A DNA stretch of 63,440 nt, filler included, from Rhabdomonas costata (lineage: Eukaryota): NCBI GenBank assembly GCA_019059605.1. It is 31 parts of 31 records of this genome, joined end to end, with 100 filler letters (N's around TTAATTAATTAA, not from the genome) between each part and the next. Parts side by side here need not be neighbours in the genome. Positions count along the whole stretch, not along the records: positions 24,599 to 26,547 come from JAHMHO010007067.1; positions 26,648 to 28,596 come from JAHMHO010007068.1; positions 28,697 to 30,644 come from JAHMHO010007069.1; positions 30,745 to 32,693 come from JAHMHO010007070.1; positions 32,794 to 34,742 come from JAHMHO010007071.1; positions 34,843 to 36,790 come from JAHMHO010007072.1; positions 36,891 to 38,849 come from JAHMHO010007073.1; positions 38,950 to 40,895 come from JAHMHO010007074.1; 23 more parts are not named here. The stretch is one strand, 5' to 3'. The notes under the pieces were generated by a model, which was given only the letters and a program-made list of their open reading frames with translations, did not search any database and had not been told where the DNA came from. Shown one piece after another: positions 26,301 to 39,104 of the stretch. The translations under genes and the position numbers were made by a program. How positions within the stretch are numbered: position 1 is the stretch's first letter; the number at the start of each line of letters is the position of its first letter.

Positions 26301-26860
26301 GTCTGTCCAAGAAGCAGGAAGTCAGAGCTTTGTGTTCAGGCAGAAGGAACGATGATGGTCAGTGCGGAGCACTGGTAACATTTACCCGATACCCTGCTGC
26401 CAAAGATTTTTACCCCTTCCTAATTTCCTGCGCTGATTGGCGAAATTCAACGCCCACACTTATTGCCACACTGCATTGCATTTGCATGGGACACATTAAT
26501 GGGACACGGGAAACTTGAAGCTGCTCAAGTTTGCTGCCCCCACACCCNNNNNNNNNNNNNNNNNNNNNNNNNNNNNNNNNNNNNNNNNNNNTTAATTAAT
26601 TAANNNNNNNNNNNNNNNNNNNNNNNNNNNNNNNNNNNNNNNNNNNNGTGTTGGGTGTTTGGGGTGGGGATGGTGCCAACCGCATCTGAGGGGCTGTGCG
26701 TCATGCAGGACTCAATGGGCAGGCGAAAACAGCGGCACTACTTTCTTTTTTTTCGGGAGAGAAATGAAGACGAGATTTTGGTTTAATTATCTCAATTAGA
26801 TTCAACATTAATCCACTGACAATCAGATTTCAGATGACCTCCACCAATGCTATTAAACAC

Positions 26861-28058
26861 CTTCCATGGTACGCTCCTCCACGAGGTCTACCACCGCATG
26901 GCGGCTGACGTTGGGCCCCAATGGGCCGCAGTGGGTGCGCAGCAGTGCACCATCCCACAGCGGGGCCTCCCTAGCGGACAGACACCGCAGAGGAAACCTC
27001 CGGGTGTGCAGCAGGAACCAAGTCCTGCGGAACACAGGAGTGCAATCCCAGAGAACCTTTGCGACGGAAAGTGATGTGGAGCCTACTCATGGGGCTAGTC
27101 ATACGGAAAGGCACCGCGCGTTCTTCCATTTTATGGGGGCAACGTAAACTTTTCAATATTCTAAAAGGATTGTACATACAGGGAGCCTGACAGCAATCCA
27201 CTTTTGCTTCCGGCTTGTTCTGAAATCCGTGCGCATGTCGCCCAGAGCAGAGTTTGGGATAGAACCTGACGCAGTATTCGTCTGCTCGCAGAGTTTATCT
27301 GTCTAGCACCCCCTTATTTTTCTGCAACGCATCTGAGCGGTTTCCGTTTTGGTGCAATTGGTGCAACAGACACGCAACATGAAGCTTATGCAGCTTGGGG
27401 AGGAAGGGAGCAGTCCATACTGTGCCACGGGGTCGAAGTCCAGGTCATGCGTGGCAGGTCCCACCGAGGTGCTGGTTAGCGTGCCCCGCACAATGTCCCA
27501 CACCACCGCTGTAGATTCGTCTGCGGGAATCAAAAGGAAGGAAGTTCAAATCCGTCCACGAAAAGGCATCGACACAGCGCAACTACTTCTGACAGAGCAA
27601 ACAGAAGGCGTTTGGTCCCTCGCCTCAGAGACGATTTTGACAAATCCCTCGCATTGATTTAGATTTGAGCTGGGCTGTACTTTAAGTTATGTGCGTCCAG
27701 TAAGCAAATTCACATTCGAATCACAGCAGGGGATCCGCGGAAAAAATGAGGGAGAGTTTTGTCTAATAACTGCGCAGTTGATCTGATGCACTCAACTTGC
27801 ACCATTGCACCACAGGAATCACAAGACAGCCAGCAATGACAGCACTAGTGAGCAAAGTACTTAAACTAATAACCGCCCATATGCAGGAATATGTTGCCCC
27901 TCCCCCGACCCTTCGCCCACCGGCTTACCCTCAAAGCTGTTACGGGTATCCATAAGGGAGCGCAGGATAACCACGGCGGTGGCGTTGATGAACTTCGGGG
28001 TCCACACTCGGCCCTGGAACTTCCGGCAAAACAGCAGCTCACCACTCAAGTTGATCAC
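26861..28058 (-). CDS. Beta-propeller protein, possibly arylsulfotransferase (ASST)-like (exons 28058-27929, 27520-27421, 27024-26861)
   Basis: Three phase-compatible exons. VINLSGELLF, THDLDFDP..TWFLL and VVDLVEERTMEG resemble the ASST HHD...D.i.E.d..G pattern. The gene is likely real but the family call is tentative. Confidence 0.5.
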
Positions 28059-28917
28059 CTGGCGCGCGCGCACACACACGCACACACACAATGGCGCAGA
28101 CCGGAGATCCGTCTCCTTGCAGCCTGCAACTTCTCATCAGATTCCTTCAAGTTCCTTATGAATTATATCGCAGGCAATTCTAACGATCTCTTGGTAACAT
28201 CTCAAACCCCAAGGGAAACGAGAACAGACACACACTAACACACTGACACACAAACACAGAAAAATCGCGCAAATCAGTCTGAGGTGTTCGTCATGGAGTT
28301 CAGACTCTGCTTGAGAAAGGCATCATAGAAAGCAAAGCGAGAGAGAGGGGGGGGGAGACTTTCAAAGAAACGACCTCCCACCTAAAAGCAAAATAATCAA
28401 TGCCAATGCAAAATTGGTAGAGACTCATACATACATCAGCAGTTGTCCAATTAGGGCGCTGCCGTGTACCAACTAACATGAATTCCTCTTTTGCTACGCC
28501 AGCAACGCGCAAAGGTCCCCAAAACCTGGGGGGGGACAACAACCCGAAGCAGCAATGAAGTACTCCTGGGCTCTACGCGTTGGTATGCTAACAACCNNNN
28601 NNNNNNNNNNNNNNNNNNNNNNNNNNNNNNNNNNNNNNNNTTAATTAATTAANNNNNNNNNNNNNNNNNNNNNNNNNNNNNNNNNNNNNNNNNNNNTGTG
28701 GTGGGTGTGTGTGGGTGTGGTTGTTTGAAATTTGATCCTATACTCTCACCTCTCACTTGTGAGGTAACAGGTCCATGCCGATTATGTTACGGCAAAGGTA
28801 ATAGCAGACACACCAATGGTCAACAGTGCGAAGAAATTGTCGTCATGTCCCGCTTGTCAAAAAGCGTCCGTGCTCTTCCCAATACTTTCCCCATGTGGCA
28901 TGCGTGAAGCAGCCATA

Positions 28918-30468
28918 CCTCGGGAAAGGTCGGAGTTGATCTTCGCAAACCCCTGCGGGGTAAGCTGCGAAAGAAGCTTCAGCTCAGAACGGGACAAGGC
29001 ACGCCCAAGCTCACTTTCAAAATACAAAATGGCAGGATTCGTGGACATCAGAAAAAAACGTACCAAGATACAAAAAAAACTCCGAAGCTCTAATCTGCAG
29101 GAGGAAAGCCGAGAAAAATGGATGTGACGGGCTGGGCAAATTTGGAGCACAATCTCAACGAAAGACCAATTCCCGGACTGCAAAATGACAAACCAGAAAA
29201 TCAATGAGTCCCTTAATGGCCAGCACGCAGCACCTGTTTTTTTTGCTTCGAAATGCGCATCGTGCACGCGGAGCTGGTCCCGGTCCCTTGGTTATCTCCA
29301 GACTCATGCGATGTGCTCTGTATGTGCCCGGAGTCTGCTGGCTGCTGTGGTGCACTATTCTGCATCTGGAAAACTCGTCGTGAGCAGAACTTTGCAAAAA
29401 AAAAATCTCTGGAAATGTATGTGTCGGCCCCAGCAGGACCAAAACAACAAGGAAAAGGGTGGGCCGAGAACCTTCGTATGCCCTTTCGGAGAGTACCTCT
29501 CTCAAATAAAAGGGAAAAACCGCCCAGAGAAGGAGTTGACATAGGAAGCTCTTTTCCACTGAACCAACGATGGCTGCCTATGCCCCGTCGAATTGCGCTG
29601 GTTTGGTGAGGCGGAGTCCGCTCCGCAGAGAGGGAAAGTTGAGACGGAAACGCGCTGGGCGATGAGGTTGTGTGGGTTGTCCGAAGGACCATATTTATAT
29701 GCTGGGACTGTATGTCTGTGTGGTGAAGTGAGAGTGAGCGTTCTTCTGGAAGTTGTAAACCGGTTCAATGTCCTGACAAACAAGATCATCGCGAGCTCCT
29801 CGGCCTCCGCGGTTTTGCATCTTCCTTGCATGCCGTGCACCTTACTGGGAAACCGTATCCCTCATTGAATAAAAAACATATGAAGCAAATCGTACGGCAG
29901 CTCTTTTAAAAGACGCAGAAGCAGAACAACGACAGCAAGAGGGCTCGGTGATCATATGCGGTAAAAGAAGACGCGCAAGATTCAAGACCGGGACCACAAA
30001 GGTGCAGCCCACCCATCCAATCAAGCTCCAACGTTCTCAACGATAGCCACGCCATCATCCATCCATGCCACTCAGTACAATGTCCGGCATCGAGCGGTTT
30101 TTGCTCAATACTAAACACATCAGCCTTGACATACAGCGTTCAGGCGCACACGGGGATGGTGGTTGTGATACCAGCCATTATGCAACGACACGTGGGAAAG
30201 CTTATCCAAGAAATGACTTAACATAAACTAATCAGCGACCAGTTGCAGAAGCAAAGCCGCGCCATGCGAAAAAAGGGTGTGAAAAAGTCAGGCCTACGGC
30301 ATGGTTTGAGGTAGCCCCAGTGCCCGCCCCATGGAGCGGGTGTAATCCATCTGCTGCTGTGCCCGGAGGAGCACAGATTGGGGGTGGCTGCTGGCATCAC
30401 TCACCACAAGCTCCGGAGTGGGTCGCTGAAGAGCGGCCAGAACAGAGCTTTCCAGCAGCCGCAGCTCT
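28918..30468 (-). CDS. Hypothetical protein, scattered exons
   Basis: Protein-like GC-rich segments ELRLLESSVLAALQRPTPELVV..., AEELAMILFVRTLNRF and SELKLLSQLTPQGFAKINSDLSR. Boundaries were not resolved. Confidence 0.35.
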
Positions 30469-31404
30469 GAATACATACACGGAACAAAAAGAGGACCTTC
30501 TCCCAACAATATTCAATTAAATATATGGGTGCAACCAATTGGAGAACAGAAGATTAATTACGCTCATCCGCACCAGCTCATCTTTGGAAAGTCACCTTAC
30601 TCTCAATTAAGTGATGGTATGTAGCTCAAGAACCCCACCAACCCNNNNNNNNNNNNNNNNNNNNNNNNNNNNNNNNNNNNNNNNNNNNTTAATTAATTAA
30701 NNNNNNNNNNNNNNNNNNNNNNNNNNNNNNNNNNNNNNNNNNNNTGTTGGGGGTGGGGGGCGGCGGGTATGTACCGAGCCGTGGACAATACTTGGGTCTA
30801 ACTTCATCCTCATTCGCTCGAAACATTGCCAAAGCACCTGCTGACTATTTCTCGCTGTCGTCTCCACATGGCCACTTTGCTTTTCCGTTCTTACCTTCCC
30901 GGTAAAGTTGCTGAAGTCAAGCATTGCACCGTCCTTCATGTCTCCTAGGCTAAGGGAAAACTTTTCAAGTCCCACACGGAGGCGCAACAGGAGTCCCCTG
31001 GGACTCCACGAGAAAATTGGCAGGGGGTAAGGAGGCGATGCACTTGCCCCCGGTGACTGCAATAGAAGATTTTGCATGCCTGCAAGAGGCATTGTTTAGG
31101 GGGAGTGTCATCTATTTTTTGTGCGGGGCGTAAATACGTTTGGCACTGCCAAAACGGGCTCTCTACTTTCTAGTACAGCACACCCTAACCTTAACCCTAT
31201 TTTTCTGAAGAAAAAGGTCCATTTAGAAGTACACACAGTAATACCTAACCTGCGTGCCCTTGTTACCATATGGCTAAAAAAGTGAATTGGCTCGGACGCT
31301 TAGCACTGCTGGCAGTTTAGCGGTGAAAAGCAGTTACCCGTCACACTCCCCCCAAATACAATCGTCCCGTCTTTTCTCGTCGAGCAGACACACATACACA
31401 CCTC

Positions 31405-32693
31405 CCAGGCCTTCGTCTGCAGAGCAGGATGCCAGCTTGCCCTGCAGCTTGGCAATGAGCTTGTCTTTCGCCCCGACAACCCGGCTGAGCTTCCCGATCT
31501 CATCCCGGAACCCCACAACCATCTGCTGCATCGCCTCAATCGTGGTCTGCTGCAGCGCCACCGCAGCAGCGCCACCACCGCACTCCGCTGCACCACCACC
31601 ACTGCCGCCGCAGGTGGAGCTGGAGGCAGAGGGGCTCCCTACGCTGCCGTGGGAAGAGAGGGTGGAGTCCGGTCCCCCTGTGGAGGACTTCCGGAACCAT
31701 GACGCGGACACCGCCAGCAGGGAGGAGGGCAGGGAAGTGGGGGAGGGGGTCTTTCCACTGGAGCTCGAGGAGGCGCTGAGCAGATAACAAAAGGCAGGGG
31801 CCATCCCACTGCTACAACTGCACGCGGGCTGAACGTGGGCTAGGGAGAGATTCGTCAATCGTGGTTAGGGGGCATTGTATCTGAGAAGGTTATCTCGGAA
31901 GGTTACACACTACCCCACCACCTCACTGCTCACCGGAAAGAATTTAAGGCCTCAAGAGAAAGAGGGTGAATGTAACGCACATGCGGACCCAACTTGTGGA
32001 GAGTACAAATTAAAGACACGCTTTCCATCGATATCCTTGCTACTCGGCTAAGCCATCCCTGAACTATCTTCACGGGATCAAACCCCCGCCGAGTCTCGTC
32101 ACTCGCCCACGAATATCCGAACATCACCCACTTTCTGACTCCAGACTCTTGCTCCTATGCGGGAGCACTGCGGCTAGTGAAAGGAGGGGCGGAAGCTGAA
32201 TCACCGAACCTGCTTTTCACTGCATGCAATGAAAGCAGGACACACCCGCAACTCCTCCGCAGCACAGCCTTCATCCGGGCCAGCTCTGCCCTCAAGCGGT
32301 CATTCTCCGTGGCCAAACTCACCGCGGTCACGAAGGGGTTCCTTCGGCACAGCTCCTCACTCGCCCCCAGCCGGGCCCGCAGCTGCTCCACCTCGCGCTG
32401 CAATTGCTGCTGTGAGGCCCTAAGGCTATCCCTCTCCCTCTGAGCGGCCTCCGCGGCCACGGTCGCGGCCTGCAGGCGGCTGGTAAGATGCTGCGAGGCT
32501 CGCAGCTGGCTCACCTCCTGTGTGGTGGTCCGTGCCGTGGCCTCGCTGAGCTCAGACCGCAACCGAGTCGCCAGAAGCTGAGCGGAGCTCAGCTCGGTCT
32601 CCGCAGTGGTGGCTCGGGAGCACGCGCTCTGCAGCTGCGCACGAAGGGTGTTCACCACAGCGCTGTGCGAGGCCGCGGTGGTGAACACCCACC
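31405..32693 (-). CDS. Coiled-coil protein, two large exons (about 32693-32246 and 31775-31405)
   Basis: Heptad-rich frame ...QQQLQREVEQLRARL...ENDRLRAELARMK, then a Ser/Gly linker and LQQTTIEAMQQMVVGFRDEIGKLSRVVGAKDKLIAKLQ. Confidence 0.7.
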
Positions 32694-32899
32694 NNNNNNN
32701 NNNNNNNNNNNNNNNNNNNNNNNNNNNNNNNNNNNNNTTAATTAATTAANNNNNNNNNNNNNNNNNNNNNNNNNNNNNNNNNNNNNNNNNNNNTGAGAGT
32801 GCCACCACATTGATGCAACTGCACCCACTGGATTGCGATTCCAAACGCATCGGTCATCACGAATCTGTACGGCATCCTAATGAATGATCCTACGTGTAG

Positions 32900-33360
32900 G
32901 TCATTGTGGCGACTTTTGCCGCCTCTTTTTCCATAGTGTAGGCCTGCTCATTCCACAACGTCTTGATGTTAGAGTTCCTGCGCCCCACTTCATCGTGCGC
33001 CTTGACATTATTCAGGATGGTTGGTAGGTGGCAATACTTCCAATGAGAAAGAAAGCAACAAACTTACACTGGAAGTGCGCAGAAGAGGACAGAGGCAAAG
33101 GAACGTGTTCCACATGATGTAATCAATTGCAATGAGCAAAGTGAATCTGCGAGAATTAGCGAGTGGAAGATACGGAAATTAGATCCAAGCATAAAGCAAC
33201 TAACTCACAATGCGCGGAGTTGTGCGGCGCAGGAAGCCACCTATCTCCAACCTGGTTGCTGATCATATCATCGCTCCCTCGGCTTCCAATGACCCTGTCA
33301 CCATGTCTGTCTTCCTGAAACAGCACACAACCCGCGTCAGTTGTGACATTCTGCATCTCA
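32900..33360 (-). mobile_element. Decayed RNase HI domain, probably from a retroelement occupying most of contig 32794-34742
   Basis: Motifs in order with frameshifts: VTTDAG (D), HNSAHCELVAL (E), LILADSLCSLQLI (D), VKAH, WNEQAYTMEKEAAK (last D replaced by Y). No introns, and upstream frames are broken by stops. Confidence 0.7.
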
Positions 33361-36188
33361 ATCGGCTTTACTCCGTCTCGCCTCATAAATTTAACCTTCC
33401 ACAACTCAGCCTATTGCAATAACTTACCCGTCACTGGCCTGACTGCTTCTTCACCAAGCTCGACGTGTACGCCTACTTCCATTCGCACATCTTGCAACCG
33501 GACGACCTTGCATTGCTCACACCTCCACGGTCGGGACACCACTTTGTCTTTCTCTATCCTGGGATCAGTTGGACCTAGCAGATACTGCCTTTCGGCTGGA
33601 GTTGGGCACCAGTCCTGAAGCTCGTTCGCAGCGCACTTCTTCATTTCCCCGATGTAGTGGACTTGGTTTACTATGAAGATCTTATGTTGACATTGCACTA
33701 CCGTTACAGGCTCCGCCTGACCACTACGGCCCGTGTTACACATCTTCTATGCAGTGGGCTCTACATCGCTGAACATAAGTGTTTGCTTGAACCTCAACGC
33801 TGCATTGAATGGATGTGTAAACGTCTGTCTCCGAGGTCAGTCAGAAATACGCTGCAATATCCCGCAGACTCGCTGGAGCAAGAGCAGTGGCTGCACAAGG
33901 CCGAAAGCTCCTGGTATGGGCTGGCTGGTACTGCAGCCACTTTTATGGTGCGCTACGCACCCTTGGGCAATGCTACGTGCAAGCACGCGCTGATGTACTT
34001 GATGGCCTCTAGTGGACCTACTTGTGGAGCTTTTCTCATTCACTGGTATTGGGCAGTTGTGTGGTCACTTCTGAGGTAAAACTCCACTCTCAGTGTCTCA
34101 TTTACACTGACGCATGTGCTGCGCGCGTTAACGTTGGCATTTGTGGCCACAACGCTTCGATTACTAATGCTTTACTGGAGCCATACGCGCACCTCTCTGA
34201 AGCACAGCGTTACGGCGTTTGTCTTGGCCGCTCAATAGCGCACCGGATGCCCAGTTTTTCTAGCTTCTGGCGCAGCGCGTGATCGACACTTTTTGTGAGG
34301 ATGATAGAAGAATCTTAGAGATTCTATCCTCCATCCTTTGTTGGAGCGAGTGACTGTGAGCCGGCTTGCTGGGGCACGAAGTGAAACGCTTACTGTGCGC
34401 CGTGCGTGCCCTGTGCGTTTCTTGTCTCAAATCTCGGCCTCCGCCGTTCATGCAGCCATCTTCCGCAGAAACACGCCGGAGGCAACCATAAAGGTTGCTG
34501 CCGTAGTGTCGAGGCGCGCTTCCATGCGGCCGCATCCTTTGGCATGGCTCTATGTAGCAACCGTGGTCTTCAACCACTTTTCACCCTGCTTTGCTCTCTC
34601 TCTCTTTCTCTCGCACCCCCTCCAGCCACCCCTCCATGCCGCCATCCGCTTGGTGGTGATCCTGACCGTGCATTAACAGAGTATGCGTGCACAAAACTGT
34701 TGACACAAAAACGCAATACGCAGGAGCAAAATCACAAAAAACNNNNNNNNNNNNNNNNNNNNNNNNNNNNNNNNNNNNNNNNNNNNTTAATTAATTAANN
34801 NNNNNNNNNNNNNNNNNNNNNNNNNNNNNNNNNNNNNNNNNNGTTTGTTGGGGTTTGATTTGATTTGATTTGATTTGAGTTGAATTGAACTTTGAGCTGC
34901 CCCGCATTGAACTTTGAACTCTGAATCTTCGAGCTTGCCTTTTGGACTGGTTTTTCAGGTATACATATAAATTACGTTACACCGTTAACTCAGAACCGCG
35001 GAATTCTTGGTTTTATATACTGTTTTCCCGTGCGAGTAGCACGCAACACACAACCCAATCTGCATATGTGCCATGTGGTGGCATTCCAAATGGGTGCCCA
35101 GTTCGAGCTTTTCCTCGCACCTGCGGGCTGTAGCAACACAAAAACAACACCTTTCTTTGATACGGAGAGCCAACGAAGATGGCAGGGGGGCGGCGCGGGA
35201 CCATAGCATCATCCTGCTGAAGACGAAGGCAATTGTTCAGGGTCCGAGGAGATTTAAATGGGTCACATACGTTCCTATGAGTTTCGGGATGTCAGGGGAT
35301 GTTCTGAGTTTACGCTGTAAGGTGCTATTGGTGAAAAAAGATAAGCGGGGCCTCCTATCTTATTTTTAGCCCTTCAGACCAGAAAAAAGATGGAAACCAC
35401 AGGATAACAATTCCGCCGGAATTGGTCTCTTCAACTCACCAAAAATGCTTGTTTTGTGTCAACTTGAAGCATTTCGGTACATCGCTCGTGTTCACCAATC
35501 AGAACAGGTGACTCAAAGATACCGTCGCCACCAACACCTCGTGCTTGACCTGGGATCGCTTCCAAGATCAGAATTGTTGAGAAAAAGGATCAGTAAATAA
35601 AAAGGCAGGCAGGGGCTCTCATCCTTCTTGCCTTTTTTTTTCCTTTAAGGTGTGTCGTTGCTTTCCACTATATTTTGGGTCAATTTTTTTCAATGTGGGA
35701 CTTTTCTCTCTCTGTTCCTATTCTCTTTTTTGGTTTCTAGAAATGGGCAAGTGACCTGCCTTTATGCCTTTATCATTCGCCTAGCTACTGTGCACAGTTA
35801 TTCTATTGGGCGTAAAGCAAGGGAGAGAGAAATCTTCATACTTCATGAGCCAACCCGATGACATCCCGAATTCCCGAAAGGCCCTGCACAGGGAGATTTT
35901 TGAAGCTTGCCCATCCTGCCTTATAGAACATATACCACCCCACTACTGCCGCCAATACTGCTTTCTGCTCCCGTTCCATGTGTATGGCGATTCTTTGTGA
36001 CTGCGTCACCTGCGGTCACCGGCGAAAGTCATACCTGCTCTCCTCTGTACCCAGGCACGTTTTTTATGGACGAGTCCTCTGTGTCTCTCGCATTGGGGAA
36101 GAAGAAGAAGAGGGAGATAAAGTGGTGCCAAAATCTCTCTTTCTCTCTGTTTTGGTTCGATCCATGCCCCGATCTGTGATGTGCGCAG

Positions 36189-36437
36189 GCCGAGGCCCGC
36201 AGAACCTCTCCGTTGTGGTGGCCGACCCCACGGGGTACCCCGCAGGGCGGTTGGTCTTCTCCGCCTGTGCTGGTGCCTCTGTCTCGGCGTGCCAGTTCAC
36301 CCCCAGCCGCACGGAGACCCCAATGGTGCTCTCCATGGACCGTTGGGCGGTGCCAGGGGCCCGGCTGACACTGCGCGGGCAGTTCTTCCGGTTCGATGGC
36401 AACGTCACCGTAGCCCTGACGCCGACAACTGGCTCAG
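36189..36437 (+). CDS. Exon of an IPT/TIG-repeat surface protein (fibrocystin-like)
   Basis: AG/GT-bounded exon ...ACQFTPSRTETPMVLSMDRWAVPGARLTLRGQFF fits the C.F....TP.v.s.....pG..ltl.G pattern. Confidence 0.65.
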
Positions 36438-36890
36438 GTTTGCGCGCGTGCCTGCGGGTGCCGGTTTTGGTTCTGCACTTGAGAAAAACTACTTCACAAG
36501 TTACAGGTTGGTATGGGGGGGGGCATGCAGGAGTTGAAGGATAGGTGATATTCATGGGATGGATCAATTGGGTAAAGCCGCGGTTTCAACCCAAGTGGTC
36601 GTTTCTACGATCCTCACGCGTGTAATTTCTGTAGACGTTTTCCCTCTGATCCACTTTTCCTTTTCCCTCTGTAAACTATTGCCCCAATGGGTGATTACTT
36701 TCCGTTTTTTTCCTTGATTCAAAGACTATAGTGGATACAACCTCCTGAAGGAATCAACAGAGCATTCCTCATCCAGATGCAGAGCATCTANNNNNNNNNN
36801 NNNNNNNNNNNNNNNNNNNNNNNNNNNNNNNNNNTTAATTAATTAANNNNNNNNNNNNNNNNNNNNNNNNNNNNNNNNNNNNNNNNNNNN

Positions 36891-37782
36891 GTGGGGTGGT
36901 GGAGCGGCTGGGGGAGAGCACCGCGCTGCAGAGAAATGAGCTGGGGGTGCTTCTGGGCAAACTCTCGCACAAGGTGAACACTGCCCTGCATGCGATTCTC
37001 GCCGCTGCCCAGGTACGTACTGGCTTTCGCTTTCCTCCCCTTCCACTCATGAAGAAACAAAGCAGGACAAAACTTGCCAAGACCTTATCTGCGCACTTGA
37101 GCGAAGTGTAATATTGCCAGGACAAGCCGAAGACCCTTCACTGCATAAACAATCATGATTCCCTTGGTTCCCTGGTACAGCATCCACAGCAGACTTTTAC
37201 CAACACCAATCTGAAAGGTTGCCTTCTCGAAACAGTGAAGGAAACACACCGTTTGCCTTGTTTGAAGCGGAGTGAGCCTTCTTGGAACTGAAGCTCTAGA
37301 GCTGGTGCCGGATGCAGGTCCTCACAGAATATCCACCCACTCGAGGTGCAGCCACGTTCCAGCAAGCTCCTTGCTTCCCTGTGGTACTAGTCTTGAGCGT
37401 GACCCGGTTAATCTGCTTGCGGTAGGGGGCATATGCAAACGCATACGCGCAAACACACACACCAGCTCACGGGGGAACACCTGCACAGGTCTTTAGCGTC
37501 CCAACCCCAGCGGAGGAGGAGTTGGTGCAGATCGTCGCGCATAGCGCGAAGGTGGTCGCGAACTACTTCTCCGACTTCCTCTCCCTCTCGCAGTGCCAGC
37601 TGGGCCAGCTGCCGCTGCGGCCCCGGCTGTTCCTGTTGCCCGCGCTGCTACAGAGGCTGCGTGAGGGCTTCGGGGCGGAGGCCCAGAGGCTGGGGGTTCG
37701 GTTCGAGCTGAAAGCCAGCCCAGGCACTCCCGCTACCCTGGTCGGAGACCTGCACCTGATCACCGAAGTGCTGGTGCAGCTG
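36891..37782 (+). CDS. Histidine kinase-like protein, HisKA and start of HATPase (exons 36891-37012, 37489-37782)
   Basis: Spliced LLGKLSHKVNTALHAILAAAQ/VFSVPTPAEEELVQIVAHSAKVVANYFSDFLSLSQCQLGQL...LVGDLHLITEVLVQL aligns by eye with hybrid HK H-box, DiLdlS, and GD..rl.QiL.NL. Confidence 0.8.
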
Positions 37783-39104
37783 GTGTAGTACCCCCCTCCC
37801 ACGCATGCACACACACTTCGGGTCGGCGGACGCAATAAGATGGAGAAGCAACCCGACCCCGACCTGACCAGCAAGAAAAGGGACCAAAGCACAGAAAGAA
37901 TCGCCGCAGCCGAGAAATCCAGGACTCGGAGAAGCGGATCATTGAGAAAAAGAAGAAGCACAGCAAGCTCAGCACGAGACCCCGATACAATCAGTGGAGA
38001 GAGCATGCCGTCGCGAAGCGCCTTGAGCAGGATCACAGTTCCGGCCACCACGCCACCCGGGATAAGGCGGTACTCCAACGGTCGTTCCCATGAGAAAAGG
38101 CCCCCAGCCCCCCAAAGAAAGAGTGTGGAGTCGCAGAGACCGGAGCAGCAATGGAGCAATACAGGTAACCGCTGGAAAAGAGCAGCTGCTCGACAAAGGC
38201 CCGGGACCCGTGGGGCAGAAGCGAGGTTACCAGATGTGGAACGTTCGGCGGTGAGCCGGTTTCGGTTCCCCACGGCACCGTTCGCTCCAACGGCACCTCT
38301 CGCGAGCACCCGTGGCCAACAGCGCGTGCGCCAGTCAGTCCCCAGTGGTCACCACCAACCAGTCAACCAGTCAACCAGGCAACAGCCAGCGCGCAATGCG
38401 CCGAACACAAACGCTTTTGATTGCTAGGAAAGGCTGGGAAAGCTGTGGCGCTTCCAACCCTGGGTTCCCGAGTGGAATCCACACCCGCACATCTGGTACT
38501 CCCGTTGTTACCTTTTAGGAATCTCGTGGTTCATTGGCGTTAAGCGGCACAGGCTTTGAGGTGAATAGACCTGAGACCCGAAGTACGACAATCCAGGGTC
38601 AAAAATGTGACGAGGACGGATGTGACTTAGTCCTGTGACGCCATTTCTTGGAAAGATGGGACAGCGCGTCAATTTCGATTTCCGCTTTAACATCGCTGTC
38701 CTCAAGTCGAGCAGGAGGACCTGCAGGAGACCTTGAGAAGAACAGTAACATTTCTAATGGGAAATGGGCAATTGGTTCTCTTTTGCCCATTTCTATATTC
38801 TCTGCAAGTTTTGTTCCCCCACCCTATTCGCTGTGTTTGCGTTTCAGTCNNNNNNNNNNNNNNNNNNNNNNNNNNNNNNNNNNNNNNNNNNNNTTAATTA
38901 ATTAANNNNNNNNNNNNNNNNNNNNNNNNNNNNNNNNNNNNNNNNNNNNGTTGGTGGGAAAATCGCTTCAGCACCCGATTTCCACAATCGGGAGGTTACC
39001 CAGTGGTCGGGACACATTGGTCTCTCTCATGCCCGTGTTGCAAATACTTTGACTGATCTCTGACCTCTGCTCAGGCGATGCCGATTGATGTTAGTCTCTC
39101 TCAG

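Noticed and set aside
31103..31125. gagtgtcatctattttttgtgcg resembling a euglenid spliced leader
   Set aside because: Short, gapped, low-complexity match with no SL RNA context or adjacent ORF start.
31185..31199. ccctaaccttaaccc telomere-like repeat
   Set aside because: Fewer than three imperfect units and internal to the contig.
32267..32268. Additional GC donor after ...RMK on the minus strand
   Set aside because: A nearby GG|GTGTG donor gives the phase required by the next exon.
33657..34079. Plus-strand 140-aa ORF as a reverse transcriptase fragment
   Set aside because: No YxDD or other RT motif, and the recognisable RNase H lies on the opposite strand.
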